Positions 12,501-25,727 are shown, numbered from the stretch's first letter. The stretch is 64,000 nt of DNA from Catajapyx aquilonaris (GCA_000934665.2 KZ537956.1:124001-188000), one strand, 5' to 3'. Translations and numbers: made by a program. The notes: a model not told the origin generated them from the sequence alone.

Positions 12501-15500
12501 GATAAGGAGAAAAAAATATCTAGGAGAAACGGAGTATGGCTCAGATCCTAACACACATAAACTTTGTATGACTGTTCTTTCTCTGCTGATGCGACATATT
12601 GGTTTCTCAGAAGAAGTTCCACTGGTGACCCTGACAGTATCCTGGAATCCACTCAAAGTCATGCCTCGTGAATCAGTTTCTGGGAGGCGGCCATCGAGAA
12701 GCGACTGTACACTGTACAGTACTGACAGAACTACAGAAGTGTCCACTCTGTACCTGTCCAAGCTTAAAGGACATTGAAGCTAGAAAACCAGACTAAGAGT
12801 AATCACAGGTCATAAGCCACACGATGAACCCGGATTCCTTCGAATTGACCATATTCTGCTGAGTAATCTTTCCTTGCAAGCCTGATGCCCTCATCGCATC
12901 ATACCATTGGTATTCACCTGTCATCGGCGTTGCGAATGGTTTGTCATATTACAGTATACAGTATATACGAGGCTTGATTAAATTTTTAAAACGGCCAGAT
13001 GCAGTCCGTGGCATCTGGGGATACTCAGCCCCGGGTATCTTCGCCGATTTAGCTGGGCTAGTGAACGGCGGGACCACTTCATCTGGCAACTCCAACAGGA
13101 AATTAGTGCTGTAAATAAGACCCGAGCCTACTCTCGAGGGATGCAATATTCAGCTCCAAACCGCACCGCCGAAATCTTCTCAAGCGAAAGCGGGAGGTCT
13201 GCACAGATGCCAACTACATACATTATGAAACTTGATAATCCTTCCGCAGGTAGTAAAATGAAGCAGTGGATCCTTCTGACCGTGGAGGATTGCCTGAAGG
13301 TTGGTTCAGCTTTAAGCAACATCAGAGCCGTTAAGGAGTTCCCAAGGCTCCGGCTGTAAACGCAAGTTGCGAAAAGAAAGCTGACGCGAGCTTGGACCCA
13401 CTTTCAAGATGCTCCTCTCCAAAGAAGCAAAGTTGGGACAGGCCGGTGGACCCAGGAGGAGTCCCAGGGCTGCGATCTCTTATTGAACACAGGCCTGGCT
13501 TGCAAGTTGCTCCGCATGCCGAAGAAGTCATCGCGGAAGCCACCCAGCAGCACATTGGAATTCCGAAGGCTACAACTAATGGAATTATCGACTGGGGTCT
13601 AACTGGGCCAGCAGACGAGATACATTCGAATTGTGCCAGAATCTCCTTTGAACCCGCCTTCATCTTAACTCTTCTATACAAATGACACTTGGTATTAGCC
13701 CTAGATCAAACCGTGCATACTGAGCAGTTTGGAGTTTTACATTTGAAAGTCTGGCCACTTCGGAGGTAACTACACCGAGGAAACTTATCTACAATGTTAG
13801 AAGCAAACAACTAGTTATCAGTGATCTTCCACTTTCTGCCTAGATATTGCAAAATGGAAATAGACGCACATGGACCTCATTATTAGCAAAAAAATCCATA
13901 TAGCACTGTACTGGCTGGATATTGCCAGAATGTTCCGACTCACCCCTGTAGAAATGCATCAGAAAAACACGAAACAGATCCATCGATGCCACAAAATTCT
14001 GCAGGGTTTTCCTTACAGCCATTCGTTGTATAGGCCTAGACTAAATCGCATAGCCTTTTTCTCAGGGGAGTCCCATCAAATAAAAGAAAGCGATGACTTG
14101 TTACTTATATTGAGCAGCAGAAGAAAAGCAGACCCGACAAGACCAGAGGGGAATTGGAAAAAGTGCCCTTCATCTGTTTTACTTCTTCTTAATTCCCTCT
14201 CAATACTCTTAACTTTTCTTCTTCTTCCCGGGTTTTTTTTTTGTTGCAGAGTTCAGAAGGATCGATTTCCGACCTAGAAGAGCCAAGGCAAACAAGCTCG
14301 AGATAAGAAAACGGTGCCGGGTGATGGACAACTGGAAACGTGACGTCCAACCAACGTTTATACGTGGCTCTGTTTATTAAAGCTTGGCCTAATTCTGCGG
14401 GTGGGAGACATAATGAGAAAGAAAATTGCGACTTAATCAAGTCAAGAGCGTCCCAAGTTTCGCCTGCCACATTTGATCGGCGTCTGACGAGCGCGGCTTA
14501 ATCCTTACCAAACCTCTCATTTTGCCCTTCGGAAAAACGGAGGAGGTTTTCCGGAAAGGCGGAAACTCCTGCTAATTTTCCAATTAAACTCTTTCTCTGC
14601 TTTCTCCGTATGGAAACAAACAAGGTGCTCTTCTTTTTTGGGGGGCCTGAGGCTGCGGGATGAGAAATGCGGAGGATAAAGGAAGACCTTCCTCTCCATT
14701 TGCACACGTCCACCGGAGGAATTTTAGCCAGCTCTGCATTTCCCTTACCCAAAAACTTAAGATTCCGCCTAGCTGCCACGCATAGGCCAGCAGTTGTACT
14801 GGAAATTTTAAAATTAAATGAGACCAGGCACGCGTCAAACTGCGTCATTCCCTAAATTTTAGAGAAGGACAAGCAAAAATGGAATTCTCCACATTTTCTA
14901 AAACATGTAGCCTATCAAATCATCATCAACAACCACCAGTTATTAACAGGAACTGTTACGGCATGATACAATCAAATTTCAACAATATTAAAGCAGTGTC
15001 TCCGGTGCAATATGAGAAAAAGTAAAAAGGTCCCGCCAACCTCGTTTTTTTGCGTCATCTTCACCAATTACGCTAATGGGGCCTCCTTTGTAATTTTGAA
15101 ACAACAAAGTGACAGTTGGAAATAATAAGAACACGCAAAGTTCGCGGTTCTTATTAAATTAATTAAAGTAGGATGGTAATCATTTAACAGCTTCCGACGC
15201 GACATATAAATTCATATTTTTAACGAGTCACGCCCCTCCAAGTTGAACTTTGTTCAGCGTGTGTGCGCGTGTGAACATCCTCCCAAGAAAGTTAGTTACG
15301 TGCAATCGGCTCCTTTAAGAATATGCGTCTGAAGAAACAAAAAAAGAGAAGAGGTGACATTTACAAGCTTCACGTGTCCTTTCGCACCCTTAATTTTTTT
15401 CCGCCTTAGTTCCGGAAAAAGTCAGCTTCATATTACACGAGAAACCCCGGCACTTATCGAGTTAATGAATTTTCATTGCTCACTTTGCAATCTTTTATCA

Positions 15501-17429
15501 AAAAGTACTGCTCATCTTATCCTTCCAACGACAAGCTGCGTTTGCTCCCAGCAAAATTTTAAGGGTTCAAATTGCCTTATTAGAAAATAAAGGAAGAAAA
15601 GAACGTTCCAGTTAACTTTGGTAGGTCGTATTTCCAAGATAATTGGCTACATTCCATCCAGCATTTTTTGAAGGGGAAATATGTTGAAGCGTTCATTAAA
15701 TTAAAACTGTGTTTTTTTTTTCGAGGATGGTATACCTAACATCTCCTGGGGAAAGCAAAATAACCAACGAGCCCAGGAAAACTACCGGCACACTCATCCC
15801 TTGAGCGGACCAAAATGGCGCCTGAGGCGTGATGATTGGATTATATTTCCCCAGCTCGACCTCGAGGATTCATGTGTCGTCGTCCTCCAGCAGAAGCAGT
15901 CCCTTGACATGTGACAATGGGGAAAGAGGTTGCCAGCAATAATTCCATTAGGTGGCAGCCTGGGAGAAGAAGAGAGAAGGGGGAAAAAAAAGGCGGACAT
16001 AAAACAAGCAAAAAGGCTGGAGGAACGCGGGGGACTTGTGAGTGTTTTGCTTTGCGATGGCAGCAAACACTTGTCGCCACTAACCGGGGGTCATGGACTC
16101 TGGAGGAGGTTGGGGATTTTTGTAGGCGTCGCGCATGGGGACTGCTGGAGTGCCATGGCCATGTTTTGCCATCAGCCCAGGAGGGACTGTCGGAAAAATA
16201 ACCCATCGTACCATTTTGAAGGACCCCCATCAGTCGGGGGGAAATAATAATTGGCGAGGACAGGGACCACTTTTGGGTCCCTATTCACACTTCAACGTCA
16301 ACAATGTCTTGGACAAACCAGCAACAGCACTAACCCAAGGTGAATTCAATAGACAAATATGTTGGCTGAACCTATTTTCGCATTTATAGTACACATTGAT
16401 ATGTCAAAGGTCTGCTGACTCACTTGTGAAAGTAGGTTGCTGATAAGACCAGATGGGAACTAAGCATGGACGATTTAGACCGATACACGACAGGTAAACA
16501 CCAGTCTTTGGATTATCATGCATTCAGAACCCCTCAGTCGTAATAAATATTAATCGGCATACAACTTGGCAGGAGTCCGATTGAGCAAGAAAATAGTAAT
16601 GGATTCTGGAGGCGAACCAAAATGGACTCGGAAGAGTGGTGAGGCCCAAGACAAACACTCGCACATGATTTATTCATAGCTAAACTTCTGAAAACATGCA
16701 CACCCCTGCACGTATCGCTTCCATCGCTCTTATTACTGAATTGGCCCTAATTTTGTGAGACCTCGAGATTCATTTTAGATGCGCCCAGTCCCCCACTCAT
16801 GCATACTTGTTACATCACTCCATAATTTTTAATTTTTAATCTATCTCTCGTCCCCCCGTCAGTATTTCTTGCTGGTGCTAGTGGATCAAAGATAGGAGCA
16901 CCCCCTACAAATGATGGGCAGAGGGGGACCCAAATTACACCCTTAAATCAGTCCATGACAGACCAGCCTGATGACGTGCGCTTGAATCATTAAGCAAGCC
17001 CGCTCATCTTATCGCCCGCCTTTCTGTACAACTACATATATAGAGCTGCAGCTAACAAACAAGTGTCCGGAACAATTTTTTGTGTGGTTCAGAAGTAACG
17101 GAGCGTAATAGTTGGGGGGGTCTCAACCCCGCGTGATTTCTCCTGGGTGACGGGGCCGAACAGTGAATTTCGTCGATCTGGTGGTCCCCAAATATGTCCG
17201 GATTAAGCTGGAAGAGGGATCGCCTTTGTCCAGACGAGCCCCGTCAAATTTGATCCAAGATGGGCGACGGGAGTGAGTTATTATCTTCTACTCTTGACCT
17301 GGCTCCCGATTGGGGGAGAATGTTTTTTTTCCACGAAAATCCAGAGGGAAATGGGGGGGAGAAACTCAATGTAGCCAATCCTGTGGGACCACGTCCCGAT
17401 ACACAACTAATCAGTGGAAATGTATCTCA

Positions 17430-17444
17430 AGACAAGGGGGCGCC
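17430..17444 (-). promoter_or_regulatory. Candidate Mad/Medea (Smad1/Smad4) BMP-response element
   Basis: Minus strand reads GGCGCC-CCCTT-GTCT, matching GRCGNC(N5)GTCT with the exact spacing. Confidence 0.4.
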
Positions 17445-17956
17445 AATTTATGGCCAGTTAGAACCCGTTGATAAACTCTTCCCAAGGCTTTTGACTCATC
17501 GTTGTAATTACTCACCACTTACGAGCTCTGCCAAGCCCGGACCAAATATATTGCCATTTGGACCCTGCAAAAAAAATATATTATCGGGCAAAAATTTTGC
17601 ACGTCGGTAGCTAATTAATCACACTGGTTGTTTACAGTTTTAAACTTATTAGTTTTTGTTTGCTCTGGACGTTGAGAGGTGTCGTCCCCACGTTGTTGCC
17701 ACATTCATCGGTATGTGCTGCTTGATTTACGTTGCAATTTTGCGTATAACATTAAGGTCCACACAGCGCCAATTGAGGGAATAATATTTAAAAAAAGATG
17801 GAGCCACTTAAGACTTCCCTAGTGGGACTCCGACTCGATCAAATTATTGTGCGTGGCTGCTTTGGGCTAATTTAATTTTTCTGGGGATGATTCACTCTTC
17901 GTCGGTAATTACTAGGAGGTGTGAATAACGTCGGGCCCAGCGCCGTGTCTGCGGCA

Positions 17957-17968
17957 CCACCAGGGGGC
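17957..17968 (+). promoter_or_regulatory. Candidate CTCF site
   Basis: CCACCAGGGGGC equals the core of the CTCF consensus; the 3' flank (CT) is non-consensus. Confidence 0.35.
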
Positions 17969-19192
17969 CTTCGCAGGGTTGCCACGTCTACTGGATGCTT
18001 AATTAGGGATTCAGCAGATAAAATTTGCAAAAACGCTGAAAAAGGCGGGAAGTCTTTCCAATTTTCTGGACCAGTTCAGGTGTCAGAATAGTATGCATTA
18101 TGCACCGAGGAAAAAGCTAGAAATAGACCCATGGCGTAGCCCATTTTCTGGGCTTGATTATATTTTGACATATTCGATTTGTCCAGTTGCTGCAGCAAAA
18201 AGGGTCCATAAATAACGCTGGCAGAAATAGCAAATCTGTTGCTTTTGTCAGAAATGATTAATCCAAGATTCCGGTACAGCCCTTTTCAATTAAGTGGTCC
18301 CACCTCCGTTTGCTGCATGTGGCAACCCCGCCCGGATTAAAAGGCCTACCCAGGCGCAATCGAGCGATCAATGGAGGACTCATAACGGTCATAAATCACC
18401 GGGTGAATTATGGACTATCAAATCCAGAGGATCAGGAAGTCTTTTATTCCTGCTAGCTAGGGGCTTTGAAGGGGGGGCTAGGTTGGAGGGAAGGTGAGGT
18501 GGGAGGGAGGGAGGAGCAGAGGGGAGGGCAGTTTGAATAAAGCAAGTCCAGATTGCTTGCTAACCACTCCCCAACTTAATGGGGGAAAAGGGTTCAATTA
18601 TGAAAGGCTATTTCTGCGGTGTCGATGGACTCGACAATGCTCGCCTTTTAAATACCTACAAAGGCCAGCCTCCCCCCACCTTAAAATTATATACCTGTGT
18701 ATATGCATTTTTTCTATACAGCCCGCATTAATGCCTGCAACGCTCCTACCCAACCGCGCTCAAAATGGGTCTTTTATGGATCTTTTTGGCAACAGTTGGG
18801 CCATAGCCTTGTTTACGTCTGGAGGGGAACCAGCATGTGGCGCCTACAGCATGGATTCACGTGCGAAATATTATGTCAGGTACTCACCATGTGCGGATAT
18901 CGGCGGTGTAGACTGCGGATCAAACTCGAATGATCTGCAATTAGAAATGCACACTAGTTAAAATTGTTAAGTCCTACATACACATTAACCTTGGCATCTT
19001 CTAATGGTATTGACTGCATGAATGAATGCACGTGCATGACCCATTGAACCGAATGTGTCATAGTGATGATTAAACCCGCCCGAGGGCAGGGATGAGGCAG
19101 TTCCCATCAGCAGAGAGAGCCTTTGCTCCAAGCAGCATCGTTCCTCTCGATTGCTTATCGATAATGATGCATTCTGCGGTGAATGGGAGATC

Positions 19193-19205
19193 NNNNNNNN
19201 NNNNN
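19193..19205. other. 13-N assembly gap within a poly-C tract
   Basis: Sequence reads tc + 13 n + cccccc. Confidence 0.95.
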
Positions 19206-21189
19206 CCCCCCAATCTTTTTATACGTTTCGCGGGATGGGAGCGAATAAAAGTTGGAACTGGCGCCCCCCTAGTATATAGCGCCGCTACCGATAGACACTC
19301 AACCCGCCGGGTATTACTCTCATATACCCGCGGCGATTAAGGAAATCAAACATTTTGTCGGCCACTGTTGCCAAATTGGACTGCTTTTCAGTTGCGCAAA
19401 ACCAGGTCGGTGTGAATGACAGAGTCGACCAACAAGCGATTACAGTTAGCATGCGAGTACATGCTGCCGTGTCACCCTGCATCACAGCTATGACTGGTAA
19501 TGGACACAAATGCAGCAGTACATTATGCCGGCTCAATAACCCTCCGATGCACTATTGCTTGTCACAAATGTCACAAGCCACAGCAGATTTCACTTTTTCG
19601 CTCATGTGTAATTCCACCCGGTAATGAGACAGCTCGTCTGAAGACTCAAATTAACGTTTGCCTGCAGCGCAAATGACCCCCGTCCAGTTGACATCTTCCC
19701 TAACAAGTAAGGCCACATGACAGACTAATATTCTTGCACAAACGAGAACTGGAATTGAAAGGACATGGATCCCGCAATTATGCAGTGGAAGTTGACGAAT
19801 CCGGCAGCAATCCAGCTCCAAAATGGCAACATGACATCGACGATCCATTCCGACGACACGTGTCACATTCCCCCCCGCTTTCCCCCTTCTCCCGTCACGA
19901 AATCCGGTGACAGTGATCATCACTTTTCAAGGGCATAGAATACAATTTCTTATCCCCCCTCAGTCTGGGTAATCCGCTCGGAGCTAGCCATAAACAATGC
20001 CTGTGTTTTCTAGAAGCGCGCGCTGCTGGAGACGGACCCAGATCGATAGTCCTGTATGTATAGGCGTCTGTGAAGACAAAGGAATCATAAAAGTCAGTAT
20101 AGATCATCATCTGCACTGTACACACCACCCCCTTCTTCACTTCACATCTCATTATGGCCGCCACGACATGGGAGGAGCGGCCTGTGATTGGCCTGTCCTC
20201 ACTCATTTTCTTCCGACTCATCAATCTTTTCTTCTCCCATGCTTCGAACCCTGGACCGCACCAAAAATCGACACTACCGTCCTGCAAATTACCGGCTACA
20301 ATAGTCCAACCCTGCCCTTGATAATGTACTCTGTTAAATCAAACTCAACGGAGCACTTTCAATCATCAGGCCCGGTTGAAACCCGGTTTCCCCCCCGACC
20401 CTATACTCCCCCGCACCAAATGGTAAACCTGGGAGTGCACTAGAAATTGATCGTATTCCATTATGCCGTGTTTGCTATAAACACTGTCAGCAGCAAATCC
20501 CAAATGGGAGGCTCTTCTTCTGTCATCTGGCCCATTTTGCTGGGGTCCCCCCGAATGCTGTCGATGGAGGAGCGAATTATTTATGCTAACAACCGACGAG
20601 AGGTAAACCATTGGCCGTAGCTCATCTTGACTGGAAATTCATTATCGGGTCAATTCCGCGCCCTGAAAAACACCCTGCGAATTATAGCCAGTTGCTGACA
20701 ACCAAATTTAATGAAGGACTAACGTCGGTGTGTCCGAACAGAATTCTATCCGACAATTCGAGCCACTTGTATGCTGTGTGGAAACAACCAAGTTCATTAG
20801 GTCGAAACACTGTTGTGTATTCATAACGTTACCGCACTTGACAAGTACTTATTGGCCGACCCGACAGCGTCAATCAGCCGAGTCATGTTATGTCCCCGCC
20901 TGCTTTCAACCATCAGCATCCAGCAGAGTCTTCTACCATTTCCAAAGAAGTCATCTAACGCTCCAGCAAGCGGCCGTTTAGGAGAATCATCGCGATGAAA
21001 CGGCGAAATCGGCTTTGCAATCCATCTAAGCCATTTTGCGCCGCGGATCCTTCGAACGTGAGGGGACCAACCAAAGACCCCACAGAAATGAAAATAAGAA
21101 GAATTCAGCCGGATATGACGTCACACATGCGATACCAATGTTAAGATTTTATAGTGTTGCAACACACCCTCTCATCTTTACTGGGATCA

Positions 21190-21209
21190 AGACATGTCTG
21201 GACAAGTGT
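21190..21209. promoter_or_regulatory. Candidate p53/p63-family response element
   Basis: AGACATGTCT-GGACAAGTGT is two RRRCWWGYYY half-sites with zero spacer and 19/20 match. Confidence 0.4.
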
Positions 21210-24200
21210 CGCTCCTTGCAAACTCCACCCTTTGTTTTTCAAATAAAATTTTAAAAAACCAGTTTTTTTCCAACCCGTCTTATATAGCTGAAACCCTTCT
21301 CCGATGTCTTGTGTCCTAGACATAAAAAGAGGGCGTCTTGTGACTGCTTGCCGACGTCGAAAATTTCAAGATGCTGGGCCTAACCTTTGGCTGGGAGGCT
21401 GAACGTGACTCTCAGCTGTAACAAAGGCCTAATGAAGCTATTTACGACTCACTCTAGCAGCCTTTATAAACGACAAGAACATGGTGAGAGGGTAGGGGTG
21501 GAGGGGGTGGCAGAAGGTAGCTGAGGTTCTTTTTTTTCTAAAGTGGTCGCCAGGAGACAAACGAAGCGAAGAAGTCAAGATGGATTGGTTGCCGAGACAA
21601 GGATTTAATCCTATTTCTCGGTGTTGAAAAACCACATCCGGAGCTCCTTCTGCGACTTTGCAGTTAGCTTGGCTTTCTGGGCAGCAGTTCAGTAGTTAGC
21701 GACTTCTAATCCGGCAAAACATCCTCAGGTTTCTGAAGCCATTAGAGTCGAGCGAAGATATAGCTTTGTATTGCTGCTAATCGTCTCGCAATTTTATTTA
21801 TGGAGTTAGTGTTAAGGGAGTTTTGGGGAGGCTAAGCCGTGCCATTGCGATAAAGAAGGAGGGAAAGGAGTGAACTTGTTTGGAGATGGCTTCCTGGCTG
21901 AATTTATGTGCAATTAGTACGCGCTGTTGCGTACAGCCTTAATTTAGGTTGACAATAAGATTAGTCACCCACTTCCTTACCCCATTAGTGTCCAGACTGA
22001 CTCAAAACGTCCGAAATGAATTCCAGGGGCCGGCAGCTTCTTGTACCATCACCACAATCTTGTAATGCGGTACTTTGGTATATACATCTCGCGAGAGGTG
22101 GAAGCAGTAATGAGGGTTACGTGTCCTCTCTTCACCAGCCAAGCCAGCCAGCAGCCAAATTCCTTCTTGCTAGTCGCGGATAATTTCGCATTTCAGAAGT
22201 GGTCAGGACAAGGAACGCATTGAAAAGGAGCCTCCATTCTTGCCCGGCATAATACCGTCAGCTGCATTTCTTTAGAAATCAAGTTCGCAGTGCATTGCCC
22301 CTTTGCACATCAGACCTGTTTATCCTACACGTCCCCGCAACACGTGGAGCGTACTTGCTCGCCTGTTCGCATAACTAGCAGGATAACAGGACTTGGGGAA
22401 AGAAGACAATGCTTCGCGAGTGTGGCTCAGACGATTGGTTATCTAGCAAGGAGATGGATGGTGGGCAGGACCAAGGGTCAGACAAAGAAAATGGAAAAGG
22501 GCGGCCAGTGCGTTTTTAAATCCGTTTTCCCAGATGGATAAGACGGAAGAAGACGGATTGGCAGCTCTAAAGTCGGCCGTCAAAGCCCTGCGATCTTGTA
22601 AACCATGCGGGACGAATCACCACCCAGGCCTCAAAGGATATCGGAGGAGTCATTCAGCGGTCGCTTTGACACCTCAGGAATCCCTCGCCCTTACATCAGG
22701 ATCACACACATGCGATGCAGCCTGTTGACTCAATGTCAAGTATCAAGTCGGTTATTTTTCCTAGTGACCAAGGGACATATGCCGTCATCTTGATCAATTA
22801 TGCAGTCAGCATCTTGGATAATATTTTATAAGGATAAGGATTCTACGTTACAGGCAGCAGGGGGGGAAGCTGCTATGCATCAAGAAGAATTATCTTAAGC
22901 AGACGCAACCTTCACCTTTAGTGCCCCCGGGGTTTAGCAGGGTCGTTGCTCTCATTCGCCTCTTATCATTATTGATTAAACTTACATTAATTCGTGTTAT
23001 TTTGCGATGGCGTAGATGAACGTACTCGGATGCAAATGATGCTAACGAGCCGTGACCGTGATGAATCCCCAATTAAATGTTAACTGAGATCAATGCGGTA
23101 TTGTAACGTCAGGCTCTAAAAATATATGGACCCGATATTGCGTTGGCGAAGGAACATACTTTATTATGTCTGGCACGTACAAAAGCCAGAGAGAACATGC
23201 CCCTCTCTATATTAACTATTAATGTACAGCACTTCTTACTCTCTTCATTATGCCGAGTTCCCTACTCACGTTGAGTGGTTTCCATTATTTTTACACTGGA
23301 AATAGCACCCACTCATTTTACACGAATTGACTCGGGTATTAGCTAATAAAATTTTCACATATTTTCAGTAAGGCATTTATTAAGTTGTACTGCTTAAATA
23401 AATGTGCTACTGACAGCGAGTCAGATAAAAAATTCGCCTGAAATTTTTAGGTGTAGCCTCTACTATTAATTTAAGTGGAGAAAGATTAGACTAAAGAACT
23501 CTGAAATCAATTTGATAGAATTTTACTAATAACAATTGAAATCAAAATAACTAAAAGCATATATTTAAAGAGGTATATGAAATTAATATTTTTCGTAGCC
23601 TACCATATATTATTTTCTACAAATGCGAGCATGGAGAAAAATCCCATGAGACATATCTTGACAAAATCGACAAGCACAAGCATTCCAAATCCACTGGAGC
23701 ACTAAGCTCATCATCTATCTTATGATGGTCATAATTACACGCACAGCCGTCGTCAGTATTTCACTCGAAACTACTAAAATTGCCCACGTAACCAACCCTA
23801 CGAGCGGCAGAAAAAATTCCTTTCCAAAAGTGGATACTAATGTGGCTCATTCCCAGTACTACAGGTCTCTCCCCCCCCCCTTTTTTTGCGAATGTCTGTG
23901 ATCTTATACATCTGCTGGTACAGCCAAATCCTCTATAATTAACAAAATCTGAGCCTGGCGAGCTTAAATAATAGTGTCGTATTCACATGTACAGTAATTG
24001 CCTGGAGTCTCTAATTAACGCGGGAAAAGCATATGCTGGTGATGTATGGAAGCATGGAAATCTCTGCAATTACGGCGCCGGAGTGAAGCCTTCAAAAACT
24101 TCAGCGCATTTTAAATGAAACGACTGTGCTGATGAACAATGTCTGCACGTATGGTGACACCTGCACTTTGCTCAGTGCATAATTCAGCGGCAGAAATGCT

Positions 24201-25727
24201 CCTAACAAGATTGGCTTTTAGCTAACGTGGCTCAAGTTTCTCTCCGGATTCTAGCACAAACGAAGAGAGGGCCACAAAAGGGGCAAGGCATATAATCAAA
24301 CAAGGCAAGGCAGCCAGGTGCATATCCTGTACATTATTTTTATCTGAAAATCGGGCAGATTATTTTAATTTTACTAATACCATTAGCAGAAAGTGCAATT
24401 ATACCGCTCCAGCAGGTACGCATCTTACAAAATGTAACCTTCAAAAGAAAACGGGCCAGACCTAGAATATGGCAGCCACTCCAAAGTTGGGTGGTGCCCG
24501 CAAACTCCACTTGTCCTGAGCAAAGTTTGGTTCTAGTTTCATCCCGATTCCCAAGTGGGAACCGCAGAAGCTGAGAGTGTTTCATAAATCCGGGAGCTAT
24601 CGATGACCGCTGCCAGGGACGCCTAGGGTGTCGAAGTCGAGGTCTCCTTACTCAACCTGCTTGGCAACTTTCCTCGTCGAACCAAACCCAAAATGCCATA
24701 GGTCCTACCCGTTTCTCCTCCGAATTAGAGCAGGTCCAACTGGAGCCATACTTTGCGAAGAATTAGAAGGTTCGCACCAAAATGTCTGAGCAAGTAAAAT
24801 GTGCAGACCTATAAAATTGTGCCTCGAGGGTTGATAAATTTTGCATATCGCATATATACGAAGCACTGTAATCAGGAACAACAGACCGTCGGCAATTGAG
24901 GCACTCCACAGTCGTATCCGTAGCATCACGCACTTGAAGCTTCTCTTTAAACAGGCAAGGATTGCTTGCAGGCTTCCTCCTGTTGCACATAGGCTGGCGT
25001 AAGGAATAAGGCTTGGAAAGGAGAAACCCTAAAGAGAACGACGCCCGTATTGCTTTCCATATTATTTCAGCGAACAAAAGGCTTGGGGGACTCGTATAAA
25101 GATGGGTTGTCGAGAAGAAATTGCTTTGGAAACAAAAATAGACCAGCTTCCTGTTTCTCTGAATTGCTTCTGTAGAGTTAACGAGACCCGACCGAAGAAT
25201 AAGTATATTGAATCCATTCTGAGTTTGCTTCACGAACGCGCACTGAGCTAGAAATTGCCTGGCAAGAGGCAAAAATATTTTCAATACGGTTCCGGGAAAC
25301 GCGTCTCGTAAAAATCACTCGCACAGAAAGTATCGCCATCTTTTTCATATAAAAATGGAGCTTCAAGTATGGAAAACAATAGGGCTCTTCTTCCGGTCAC
25401 TTGGTGCCAAAGGAATCGATTGCTTGGAACCAAAATTTTCCTCCAGTACATCCAAACACTTTATCCGCGCAACAATCCCAAATCATGGAAGAAGAAGGGA
25501 GGCTGCTGGAAATGAATTTCCATTACCAAAAGGGGACTTTTAATTTAGAAAACAATGTTCGAATTAATTGGTTGAAACTTTTAGCCCAGCTCAAAGTTTC
25601 CCCCCACCGTTCCTATGGTGTCAAGCTGGCAGGTTGGGAAGGTCTAGACGAAAATTCATTAACCAAAATAATTAATATTGGGAGAAGACAATACTTGGAA
25701 GACTAATTTTGTGCTGGAATGTCGCAA

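Noticed and set aside
17523..18934. Splicing two minus-strand exon candidates gives RRYPHM-GPNG, superficially like abd-A RYPWM...GPNG
   Set aside because: The invariant Trp is missing and no homeodomain follows GPNG; treated as coincidence.
22435..22447. 13-nt match TTGGTTATCTAGC to miR-9
   Set aside because: The seed start and 3' end do not match and there is no complementary arm.
23055..23106. TGAGATCA bantam-like seed in a small hairpin
   Set aside because: The stem is too short and interrupted for a pre-miRNA and the remainder is unlike bantam.
25696..25712. TGGAAGACTAATTTTGT resembling miR-7 with a 3-nt deletion
   Set aside because: No star arm or hairpin downstream.
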